Positions 53,812-64,000 of a DNA stretch of 64,000 bases are shown here, piece by piece. Position 1 is the stretch's first letter. Each line of letters opens with the position of its first letter. A program made the translations under genes and the position numbers. The DNA comes from Clostridia bacterium (lineage in GTDB: Bacteria > Bacillota > Clostridia > Oscillospirales > Acutalibacteraceae). The notes below the pieces were generated by a model. The model was given only the letters and a program-made list of their open reading frames with translations, ran no database searches and was not told where the DNA came from. The stretch covers positions 35,558 to 99,557 of the forward strand of contig JAGAKX010000057.1 in NCBI GenBank assembly GCA_017625435.1, written 5' to 3'.

Positions 53812-54546
53812 TTAGTTAATACCGTTTTCCAGCATATATTCCCTTGCGGAAATAAGAATATCCTTATCGTTATCAAATTTGAGCCTGTCAAGAGCCTCAT
53901 TGTAACGAAGCCAGATGTAGTCCTCAATTTCCTCTTTCTGTATAACGGTCTGCGTATCCTCGGTAGAAGCCAAGAATACCTCTACCCTCTTTTCGATTTT
54001 TGTACCGATTTTATACTGGGAATCCTTGCAGAAGCCGGGTAATATATTTATATGCAGACCCGTTTCTTCAAGAACCTCACGTGCGGCAGTTTCTTCCCTG
54101 GTCTCACCCTTTTCCATATGTCCCTTGGGAAAGCCCCAGTTATTGCTTCTTCTGTTCTTTATGAGAAGGAAGCGGTACTCCTCATTGATTCTGCGGAAAA
54201 CAACGGCACCGCAGGAATGCTCGTAAAGGCAGTCAAGGGTATATGTATCCCTCTGCTCATTGAATTCGAGCACGTCTTTGATTTCATAGTCAATTCTTCG
54301 CATATTCTTCGGGGCAACAACAAGAACCGAGCGTTTGCTGTCGGTATAACGCAGAACGGCAATAATCTTCCCCTCAAATACCCGTACCGGGTGATTGACA
54401 CCGAGAATGTACGCACCGAGGGTAAAGCTCTTTTTTTCGCTTTGAACCTCAGCGATTCCGTAATTGATAATATATCGGACACCGGTACGGAGTTCCAAAT
54501 AATTGCAAGGCCTTGTGACCTTGACCTTCACCATTTTTCCTAACAT
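53812..54546 (-). CDS. NUDIX hydrolase with unassigned N-terminal domain of about 115 aa
   Basis: Nudix box GFPKGHMEKGETREETAAREVLEETGL. ATG at 54546 preceded by GGAG. Confidence 0.75.
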   Translation of the reverse strand: MLGKMVKVKVTRPCNYLELRTGVRYIINYGIAEVQSEKKSFTLGAYILGVNHPVRVFEGKIIAVLRYTDSKRSVLVVAPKNMRRIDYEIKDVLEFNEQRDTYTLDCLYEHSCGAVVFRRINEEYRFLLIKNRRSNNWGFPKGHMEKGETREETAAREVLEETGLHINILPGFCKDSQYKIGTKIEKRVEVFLASTEDTQTVIQKEEIEDYIWLRYNEALDRLKFDNDKDILISAREYMLENGIN

Positions 54547-54658
54547 AATAAACTCCGTAAAAACTAAATATAAACACATTATATAAAATATGTCTCGATA
54601 TTTCAAGAACTATTTTACGTTTTTGGTGCTGAAATTTAAGTTTTTTTCAAAAAAAATA

Positions 54659-54687
54659 TTGTATTATCTGTCCGTTCACAGTAAAAT
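54659..54687 (+). promoter_or_regulatory. Sigma-A-type promoter of the LCP-GH51 unit
   Basis: TTGTAT-17 nt-TAAAAT; 45 nt upstream of the ATG at 54733. Confidence 0.5.
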
Positions 54688-54732
54688 AAACTCGAAAGAT
54701 TTCTTTTTGCAAAAAACGGAAGGAGAATTCTT

Positions 54733-57374
<2,642 letters not shown>

Positions 57375-57378
57375 TTCC

Positions 57379-57407
57379 TTGCAAAAATCTCTTTAAGGCG
57401 GTATAAT
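57379..57407 (+). promoter_or_regulatory. Sigma-A-type promoter of the alcohol dehydrogenase gene
   Basis: TTGCAA-17 nt-TATAAT; 30 nt upstream of the ATG at 57438. Confidence 0.55.
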
Positions 57408-57437
57408 ATAGAAAATAATTTTGAAGGAAGGAAAATT

Positions 57438-58646
57438 ATGTCACTACTTTTTAATGCGTATTGCAGAACATATCAGAAGGTACTGTATGTAGGCTCTATG
57501 TTCCTTGACTGGAGACGTCCGCAGCTTCTCAAGGGTGCAGGCTCTGTAAAAGAGCTTCCGAAGACAGTAAAGGAAAAGGGGCTTTCAAAGGTTCTTGTAG
57601 TAACGGATAAGGGTCTTATGTCCTTAAAGCTCCTTGACAGCCTTTTTGAAGCCCTCAAAAATGAAGGTATCGGCTATGCCGTTTTTGACGGAGTTCAGCC
57701 CAACCCCACCATTGACAATATTGAGGATGCTGTTGAAATTTATCTCGCAGAAAAATGTCAGGGTATCATTGCATTCGGCGGCGGCTCACCTATGGACTGT
57801 GCAAAGGCCTGCGGTGCCAGAATCGCACGTCCCGACAAGACTATACCTCAGATGAGAGGCGTCCTTAAGGTAAACAAGAAGCTTCCTCCCCTCTTTGCCG
57901 TTCCCACAACTGCAGGAACAGGCTCGGAAACCACCCTTGCAGCTGTTGTTTCCAATCCCGTAACCCACGAAAAGAATGCTATCAACGACAACCACCTTAT
58001 TCCCAAGGTTGCAGTTCTTGACCCGGAGCTTACTGTGGGTCTTCCCAAGCACATCACTTCAACTACAGGTATGGATGCTCTTACCCACGCAGTTGAAGCT
58101 TACATCGGAAAGGGTAACACACCCGGCACAAAGAAGGCTGCCGTTAAGGCTACAAAGATGATATTTGACAATATCTACACCGCTTACGAGGACGGAAAGA
58201 ACATTGAAGCACGTGCAAATATGCTTGAAGCTTCCTTCTGGGCAGGCGTTGCCTTCACAAGAGCTTATGTTGGCTACGTTCACGCAATAGCTCACAATCT
58301 CGGCGGTCATTACGGTATCCCCCACGGTCTTGCAAATGCCGTTATTCTCCCCTATGTACTTGATTACTACGGAAGCTCTGCTTACAAGAAGTTAGCACAG
58401 CTTTGCGATATTGCAGGTCTTCCCTCAATGGGTATGAACAACGAACAGAAGGCAAAGCTTTTCATTGCCACAATCCGTGAAATGAACGAAAAAATGGGTA
58501 TTCCCGATAAGTTCGACTGCATTCTTGAGGACGACATCCCCGTAATCGTTGAGCGTGCACTCAAAGAGGGCAATCCCCTTTATCCCGTTCCCAAGATTAT
58601 GGACAAGGCAGACTGCGAAGCAGTTATAAGACAGTTAATAAAATAA
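57438..58646 (+). CDS. Iron-containing (group III) alcohol dehydrogenase
   Basis: GGGSPMDCAKA and the AHNLGGHYGIPHG histidine cluster. Confidence 0.9.
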   Translation: MSLLFNAYCRTYQKVLYVGSMFLDWRRPQLLKGAGSVKELPKTVKEKGLSKVLVVTDKGLMSLKLLDSLFEALKNEGIGYAVFDGVQPNPTIDNIEDAVEIYLAEKCQGIIAFGGGSPMDCAKACGARIARPDKTIPQMRGVLKVNKKLPPLFAVPTTAGTGSETTLAAVVSNPVTHEKNAINDNHLIPKVAVLDPELTVGLPKHITSTTGMDALTHAVEAYIGKGNTPGTKKAAVKATKMIFDNIYTAYEDGKNIEARANMLEASFWAGVAFTRAYVGYVHAIAHNLGGHYGIPHGLANAVILPYVLDYYGSSAYKKLAQLCDIAGLPSMGMNNEQKAKLFIATIREMNEKMGIPDKFDCILEDDIPVIVERALKEGNPLYPVPKIMDKADCEAVIRQLIK

Positions 58647-58655
58647 TCAACATTC

Positions 58656-58682
58656 AGCTCCTCGGAAACGGGGAGCTTTTTT
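58656..58682 (+). terminator. Intrinsic terminator of the alcohol dehydrogenase gene
   Basis: AGCTCCTCG-GAAA-CGGGGAGCT followed by a T6 run. Confidence 0.75.
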
Positions 58683-58740
58683 CAAGTAAAAAGTAAGGGT
58701 TAATAGTGAAGAAGTTATTTGCCGTGAGGCACATTGCACG

Positions 58741-58839
58741 GTAGGGGCGAGGTCTTCTCGCCCGTTTTTCTGACTTCTGTAATTTTTTTGTCAAAAAAAC
58801 TACAACCTTCTGCGGCGGGAGGGGAAACCCCTCCCCTAC
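58741..58839 (+). repeat. 99-bp GTAG-headed inverted palindrome doublet, copy 2 (same orientation)
   Basis: Aligns position for position with copy 1. Stems carry paired substitutions (GGGCGAGG/CTCGCCC and GGGAGGGG/CCCCTCCC). Confidence 0.8.
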
Positions 58840-58880
58840 CGTCATTTCGTCAAAGGGGGAAATTTCTTCATAATTTTCTA

Positions 58881-58909
58881 TTGCATTTATAATCATTCTG
58901 TTTTATAAT
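58881..58909 (+). promoter_or_regulatory. Sigma-A-type promoter of the second Gfo/Idh/MocA gene
   Basis: TTGCAT-17 nt-TATAAT; 35 nt upstream of the ATG at 58945. Confidence 0.55.
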
Positions 58910-58944
58910 TATTCTGTTAAATTATATATAAAGGAGATGTCCTT

Positions 58945-60105
58945 ATGTCAGAAAAAGTCAGAGTCGGTATAATCGGCATAGGTAATATGGGTATGAGCCA
59001 TATCAACAACTTTGTAAAAGGCGAAATGCCCGAGATTGATATTACCTGCGTAGCCGATATTGATGAAAAGAAATTCTCCCGTGCACAGGAAAAGATTCCC
59101 GGTGTAGTATGCTTCAGTACTGCAACCGAGCTTATAAATTCGGGCCTTTGCGACGCAGTTCTTATTGCAACTCCCCACTATGACCATCCCCCCATTGGCA
59201 TTGAAGCCCTGAATGCAGGTCTTCACGTAATGAGCGAAAAGCCTGCAGGTGTTTACACAAAGCAGGTAAGAGAGCTTATTGAGGTTGCGGAAAAGTCCGA
59301 GCCTGTATATGCTATTATGTTCAATCAGAGAACAAACTGCATTTACCGGAAGGTAAAGGAAATGGTTTCTTCCGGAGAATACGGTGAGCTAAAGCGTGTC
59401 AGCTGGATTATCACAGACTGGTACCGTACCCAGGCTTATTATAATTCGGGCGGATGGCGTGCAACGTGGGCAGGCGAAGGCGGCGGTGTAATGCTTAATC
59501 AGTGCCCCCATCAGCTTGACCTCTGGCAATGGATATGCGGAATGCCCTCCAAGGTAAAGGCTGTCTGTCACGAAGGCAAATGGCACGACATTGAGGTTGA
59601 GGACGACGTTTCCATTTATGTTGAATATCCGGGCGGTGCCACCGGTACTTTCATTACAACCACCGGTGACTATCCCGGAACAAACAGACTCGAAATCACC
59701 CTCGACAAGGCAAAGATTGTCTGCGAAAACGGTGAAATCAGAATGTTCCTTCTCAATATGTCAACTGATGAATACACAAAGACCTCTGAAGAGGGCTTCG
59801 GAAGCATTGAGGGTGAATGGGTAACCGTTGAAACTGACGGAATAAACGACCAGCACGTAGGCGTTATGAATGCCTTTGCCGCACACATTTTAAGAGGCGA
59901 GCCCCTTGTAGCAGAGGGTAAGGAAGGCATCAACGGTCTTACAATCTCAAATGCCGCTTTCCTCTCCTCATGGCTCAATAAAACAATTGAGCTTCCTATG
60001 GATGAGGAGCTTTACTACGAAAAGCTCCAGGAAAAAATCGCTTCCTCTAAAACAGACAAGGTAGTAGTTGAAAGAGTTCAGGAAGATATGTCAGGCACAT
60101 TCTGA
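58945..60105 (+). CDS. Gfo/Idh/MocA family oxidoreductase (second, distinct copy)
   Basis: VRVGIIGIGNMGMSH Rossmann motif and VMSEKPAG. Has its own near-consensus promoter. Confidence 0.85.
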   Translation: MSEKVRVGIIGIGNMGMSHINNFVKGEMPEIDITCVADIDEKKFSRAQEKIPGVVCFSTATELINSGLCDAVLIATPHYDHPPIGIEALNAGLHVMSEKPAGVYTKQVRELIEVAEKSEPVYAIMFNQRTNCIYRKVKEMVSSGEYGELKRVSWIITDWYRTQAYYNSGGWRATWAGEGGGVMLNQCPHQLDLWQWICGMPSKVKAVCHEGKWHDIEVEDDVSIYVEYPGGATGTFITTTGDYPGTNRLEITLDKAKIVCENGEIRMFLLNMSTDEYTKTSEEGFGSIEGEWVTVETDGINDQHVGVMNAFAAHILRGEPLVAEGKEGINGLTISNAAFLSSWLNKTIELPMDEELYYEKLQEKIASSKTDKVVVERVQEDMSGTF

Positions 60106-60123
60106 TTCGGATAATGAACTATG

Positions 60124-60146
60124 GTAGGGGCGGGGTTTCCCCGCCC
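60124..60146 (+). repeat. Solo GTAG-headed palindrome unit with degenerate spacer remnant downstream
   Basis: GTAG-GGGCGGGG-TTT-CCCCGCCC is identical to the reverse complement of the right unit of copy 1. The following GCCGAAGGGAGTTCAAGTTTTC resembles the spacer read in reverse. Confidence 0.7.
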
Positions 60147-60207
60147 GCCGAAGGGAGTTCAAGTTTTCAAAAAAATTGCCCGGAGGAAGAAATTACGACT
60201 TCGGTTT

Positions 60208-60350
60208 GTAGGGGATGGCGTCCTCGACATCCCGCTGCAGGATATTTATTTTTATGTTAATTTCTGTAGTACATAAAAACGTTCCTCCTGATAAATTCAT
60301 TACAAAATGAAACTAACTAAAAACGGGTCGTCGGGGACGCCGACCCCTAC
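60208..60350 (+). repeat. 143-bp divergent doublet of the same family (different stem sequence, longer spacer)
   Basis: Left unit GTAG-GGGATGGCGTCCTCGACATCCC. Right unit, read on the minus strand, GTAG-GGGTCGGCGTCCCCGACGACCC. Spacer keeps TTCTGTAGTACA and ATTACAA remnants. Confidence 0.65.
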
Positions 60351-60441
60351 AAAATTTTTTTGATTTTTCACAAAAACTCATATTTTTGTGGTTTTTTGTG
60401 AGCAATCAAAAATTAAACTAACCGTAAAGGATAAATCAGCT

Positions 60442-61443
60442 ATGTTATTTTCTCAGGATATCGGTATTGACCTCGGCACGGGCAATACACTTGTATGTGC
60501 TAAAAATAAGGGAATTATTATAAGAGAGCCCTCCGTTGTGGCAATTGACGTTAAAAGTCAGCCCCGACGTGTTATGGCTGTGGGCAACGAAGCAAAAATG
60601 ATGATAGGCAGAACTCCCGGCTCCATAACCGCCGTAAAGCCTCTCAAGGACTCTGTTATTGCTGATTATGACATTACTGCGGATATGCTGAGAATTTTTA
60701 TGAAGAAGGCAACTGCAGGCACACTTTTTACACGTGCGCGTGTTCTTATCTGCATCCCCTCAAGTATAACAGAGGTTGAAAGAAAGGCAGTACACGATGC
60801 CGCAAAGGCAGCAGGTGCCCGGTATGTAAGCCTTATTGAAGCACCAATGGCTGCAGCTATCGGTGCCGGTCTTTCCGTTACTGAAGCAAAGGGCAGTATG
60901 ATTGTTGACATCGGATCCGGTACTGCAGAGGTTGCCGTTATTTCCCTCGGTGACATTGTGGCTTCCCGAACCGTAAAGGTAGCAGGCGATGCCTTCGACA
61001 ATGCCATTGTTCAGCACATAAAAAAGACATATAACCTTCTTATCGGAGAAAAGACAGCAGAGGAAATCAAGCTTTCCGTAGGCTCTGCTTCCCCCTATTC
61101 GGGTGAGGGTGCTGTTTCCGTCAAGGGCAGAAACCTTTCGGACGGACTTCCCGGTACTGCCGAAATCAGCTCACAGGATGTAAGAAATGCTCTTTCAGAG
61201 CCCGTCAATCAGATTCTTGATGCCATTCAGCAGACACTCGAAAAAACTCCTCCCGAGCTTTCCTCGGACATTATAACCTCCGGCATCACCCTTACGGGCG
61301 GAAGTGCCGCATTAAGAGGGCTTGACAAGCTTATTGAAAGAAAAACAGGTATGACCGTGCATATAGCGGACAACCCCACCGACTGTGTAATTACAGGTAT
61401 TGCAGTATGTCTTCAGAAGGACAATCTCAATCTTTTCAGATAA
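60442..61443 (+). CDS. mreB: Rod shape-determining protein MreB
   Basis: DIGIDLGTGNTLV phosphate-1 motif. ATG at 60442 preceded by AAGGA; the track start is an upstream GTG. Confidence 0.95.
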   Translation: MLFSQDIGIDLGTGNTLVCAKNKGIIIREPSVVAIDVKSQPRRVMAVGNEAKMMIGRTPGSITAVKPLKDSVIADYDITADMLRIFMKKATAGTLFTRARVLICIPSSITEVERKAVHDAAKAAGARYVSLIEAPMAAAIGAGLSVTEAKGSMIVDIGSGTAEVAVISLGDIVASRTVKVAGDAFDNAIVQHIKKTYNLLIGEKTAEEIKLSVGSASPYSGEGAVSVKGRNLSDGLPGTAEISSQDVRNALSEPVNQILDAIQQTLEKTPPELSSDIITSGITLTGGSAALRGLDKLIERKTGMTVHIADNPTDCVITGIAVCLQKDNLNLFR

Positions 61444-61455
61444 TTTGGAGCAGAT

Positions 61456-62301
61456 ATGAAAAATTTCTTTTCAGGCACAAAATTCAGAATATGTGCGGCA
61501 ATTCTTACGGCAATGTTTCTTGCCGTGTTCATTTCAGCCGTATCTGAAAGCGGAGCATCTCCCGTTTCATCGGTTCTTTCCTATATTCTCACACCTGCAG
61601 AGAACCTTGCAGTACATATAAGCGATGCACTTTCCGATTTCAACGGCTATTTCGTATCCTCAAAGTCTATGGAAAAGCAGATTGAGGAGCTTGAAAGCGA
61701 GCTGAACGAACTCAGACTTCAGACAGTTGATTATGAGAAAACAAAGCACAAGCTTGAAGCTTATGAGGACTTTCTCGGAGTTAAGGAGGACAACCCCGAT
61801 TTCAGCTTTGTTGCAGGAGAAATAATTCTTCGTGACACCTCGGATTTTTACGGCTCCTTTACTCTTAACATCGGCTCCGACGACGGTATTTTTGTAAACG
61901 CTCCCGTTATTTATTCGGATAACCTTGTAGGCGTAGTTGCCTCCGTCAGTCCGAAAAGCTGTACGGTCCACACGCTTTTCAATCCCGAAATCAGCGTCAG
62001 TGCTTATGAAATCAGAACAAGAGAAAGCTGTTATACCGAATCGGAATATGCTCTTTCTGCCGAAGGCTTTCTTAAGCTTTCGGGACTCAAAAAGAATACT
62101 CCCGTCGTATCGGGCGGTATTGTCTGCACCTCGGGTATCGGCGGAATATATCCCAAGGACCTGATTATCGGCACGGTCCGGGAAATCAGAAACGATGTAA
62201 CGGGTCTTTCCTCCTTCGGTCTTATTACACCCGAAATTGATTACTCTAAGCTTTCTGACGTATTCGTTATTACCGACTTTGAAGGCAAATCGGACGGCTG
62301 A
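61456..62301 (+). CDS. mreC: Rod shape-determining protein MreC
   Basis: N-terminal TM, a coiled coil (QIEELESELNELRLQ), a beta-rich C-domain, and position after mreB. Confidence 0.85.
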   Translation: MKNFFSGTKFRICAAILTAMFLAVFISAVSESGASPVSSVLSYILTPAENLAVHISDALSDFNGYFVSSKSMEKQIEELESELNELRLQTVDYEKTKHKLEAYEDFLGVKEDNPDFSFVAGEIILRDTSDFYGSFTLNIGSDDGIFVNAPVIYSDNLVGVVASVSPKSCTVHTLFNPEISVSAYEIRTRESCYTESEYALSAEGFLKLSGLKKNTPVVSGGIVCTSGIGGIYPKDLIIGTVREIRNDVTGLSSFGLITPEIDYSKLSDVFVITDFEGKSDG

Positions 62302-62303
62302 TT

Positions 62304-62825
62304 ATGAAAAAACACAATTTTACACTATCTGCAATAAGAAGAGGAATCTTTTTTCTGTTGATTCTTGTTTCTTTTGCTTTACAGTTTATAATACTCCCCA
62401 AAACCGCACTTCCCGTGCCCCTTCTTCTTCTCATTCCCGTGTGTGTGGCTGTGTCTATGCATGAAAATGAGCTTTATTCTCTTCTGTGGGGGCTTTTTGC
62501 AGGAATTCTCTGGGATACGGCATCCCCCGTAACTGACGGGCTTTATGCCCTTATTTTACCCGCAGCATTTCTCATAACGGGTCTTCTTACCGGGTATGTT
62601 CTCAGAAACACTTTTCTTACGGCTTCACTTTTTACAGCCCTGCTTTCACTTATCCCCTCGGTGCTCGGAATTTTTTACACCAAGGGAAAGCTTACCTCAG
62701 AGCTTCTGGCTTCGGTTATTAAAGCGGAATGCATTCCGGCTGTCATTACATCATTGATTATTCTTATTCCCGTATATTTCTTTGTCTCAGCCATAGTGAG
62801 ACGCTTCAGCTATGAAAGGGCTTAA
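62304..62825 (+). CDS. mreD: Rod shape-determining protein MreD
   Basis: 173 aa polytopic membrane protein directly after mreC. Confidence 0.7.
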   Translation: MKKHNFTLSAIRRGIFFLLILVSFALQFIILPKTALPVPLLLLIPVCVAVSMHENELYSLLWGLFAGILWDTASPVTDGLYALILPAAFLITGLLTGYVLRNTFLTASLFTALLSLIPSVLGIFYTKGKLTSELLASVIKAECIPAVITSLIILIPVYFFVSAIVRRFSYERA

Positions 62826-62834
62826 TTTCACCTT

Positions 62835-64000
62835 ATGAACAAAAAAATCAACAGAAAAGTCATTTTCATATTTTCATTCTTCGGATTATTCTTTTTAGGC
62901 TTTATGGCACAGCTCGTCAATGTAACGGTTGTCAATGCCGATAAATATTCCGCTGTATCCGCCGTGTCCTCTTATGACATAAACGTATCGGCTCCCAGAG
63001 GTGAAATCCTTGACAACAGCGGAAATGCGCTCGTTTACAATGAGCTTATAAACACTCTGACCTTCAATTATACGGAATTCCCCCGCACGGACGAAGAAAT
63101 CAACAAAGAGATTTTCCGTCTTATTGACTTCCTTTCGGGGAAGGGAGAGGAATGGGTGGATGAGCTTCCTCTTGTGTTTGACGAAGAAGGAAACATTCAG
63201 TACAAGGAGGACGCAAAATCCGCCGTAAGCTATATGAAGGGTCCGCAGATGTGTGCAGTAAACGACTACGCCACGGCTGAGGACTGTCTGAGCGTGCTTA
63301 TAGAAAAATATAAGCTCGGGGAATACCCCGTGGCGGTTGCACGTGATATAGCTTCCGTCCGTTATAATATGCATAAGAACTGGTTTTCAACCTCACTTCC
63401 CTACACCTTCGCCGAAAAGGTTTCCGTTGAAACTATCGGCTTTGTGAAGGAAAACAAGGAGCTTTTCCCCGGTGTTGACGGCGGTGCATCATCTCAGAGA
63501 AAATACTCGGGTGACGGCACGGCTGCAGCACACATCTTAGGAATTGTCGGCGGAATAAGCGCAGAGGAATATGAGCAGAAAACCGCCGAGACCGGAGAAA
63601 AGCTCAATGACCCCGAACTTACCGATGAGGAAAGAACGGCTCTCGAAAAATCCTCTTATTCCCTTAATGATTTTATCGGAAAAAGCGGAATTGAAGGCTA
63701 TGCCGAAAATTACCTCAGAGGACAGTCGGGCACGCTTACCGTTTCAATTACCGCCGCAAAAAAGGTACTGAGGTCTTATTCGGTGCTTCCAGAGGCTGGC
63801 AACACCATTTTCCTGACCCTTGACAGAAATCTTCAGGATATTGCAGACAAATCCCTTAAAAAGCAGATTATGGCTGTTACCGAGTCCGAAGCTCTTGCAC
63901 AGGGACTTACTCCTGCAGGTGCCGTAGTTGTTCAGGATGTAAACAGCGGTGCAGTCCTTGCAAGCTCCTCCTTCCCCAATTACTCCCTTACAACCTATTA
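62835..64000 (+). CDS. mrdA: Penicillin-binding protein 2 (elongasome transpeptidase), N-terminal part; continues past the window end
   Basis: Not in ORF track because there is no stop in the window. ATG at 62835. Own translation MNKKINRKVIFIFSFFGLFFLGFMAQLVNVTVVNADKYS...APRGEILDNSGNALV...GKSGIEGYAENYLRG, a typical PBP dimerisation domain. Follows mreBCD. Confidence 0.8.
   Translation, partial: MNKKINRKVIFIFSFFGLFFLGFMAQLVNVTVVNADKYSAVSAVSSYDINVSAPRGEILDNSGNALVYNELINTLTFNYTEFPRTDEEINKEIFRLIDFLSGKGEEWVDELPLVFDEEGNIQYKEDAKSAVSYMKGPQMCAVNDYATAEDCLSVLIEKYKLGEYPVAVARDIASVRYNMHKNWFSTSLPYTFAEKVSVETIGFVKENKELFPGVDGGASSQRKYSGDGTAAAHILGIVGGISAEEYEQKTAETGEKLNDPELTDEERTALEKSSYSLNDFIGKSGIEGYAENYLRGQSGTLTVSITAAKKVLRSYSVLPEAGNTIFLTLDRNLQDIADKSLKKQIMAVTESEALAQGLTPAGAVVVQDVNSGAVLASSSFPNYSLTTY

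Noticed and set aside
58654-58896. 80-aa minus-strand ORF covering the 99-bp repeat copy 2
   Set aside because: The frame is kept open only by the GC-rich palindromes. The equivalent frame is not preserved in copy 1, there is no RBS, and the region is better explained as a non-coding repeat.
62895-63374. 159-aa minus-strand ORF
   Set aside because: It lies antisense inside the open-ended PBP2 reading frame, which starts at 62835 and continues to the window end.

Overview
Chromosomal, mostly core-genome segment of a spore-forming Firmicute, probably Clostridia. This is inferred from gene content (yqfC/yqfD, a ylbJ-like gene, a gerA-type germination operon, a DUF421/DUF4363 pair); no taxonomic search was possible. 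I call 59 protein-coding genes, two of them truncated at the window edges and absent from the ORF track (rqcH at 1-1180 minus, PBP2 at 62835-64000 plus). There are no rRNA or tRNA genes, CRISPR arrays, transposases, integrases or recognisable defence genes. Housekeeping blocks are: rqcH-nif3-trmK; pncB; cysK; a long minus-strand run miaB-ymcA-mutS-mutL-miaA-(HlyD-like)-yggS-sepF-divIVA-lspA-rluD-tktAB-rhaA-rhaD; tyrS with a Tyr T-box leader; and mreBCD-PBP2. Accessory carbohydrate content comprises four parts. First, an 8-gene minus-strand operon (14292-22562) with a GPH symporter, a Gfo/Idh/MocA oxidoreductase, two xylose-isomerase-like TIM barrels, a serine hydrolase, a histidine phosphatase and two unassigned membrane proteins. 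Second, an unassigned 726-aa protein. Third, a GH36 alpha-galactosidase. Fourth, an LCP-GH51-ADH-Gfo block. The most unusual non-coding signal is a family of GC-rich palindromes headed by GTAGGGG. Two 99-bp inverted doublets (51156-51254, 58741-58839) differ by compensatory stem substitutions, and a solo unit plus a divergent doublet lie at 60124-60350. Their architecture matches REP/BIME/REPIN elements. The next most interesting items are a pair of paralogous zinc-ribbon membrane proteins of unknown function and the uncharacterised sugar operon they touch. All calls rest on reading the sequence and ORF translations by eye; no database search was run.
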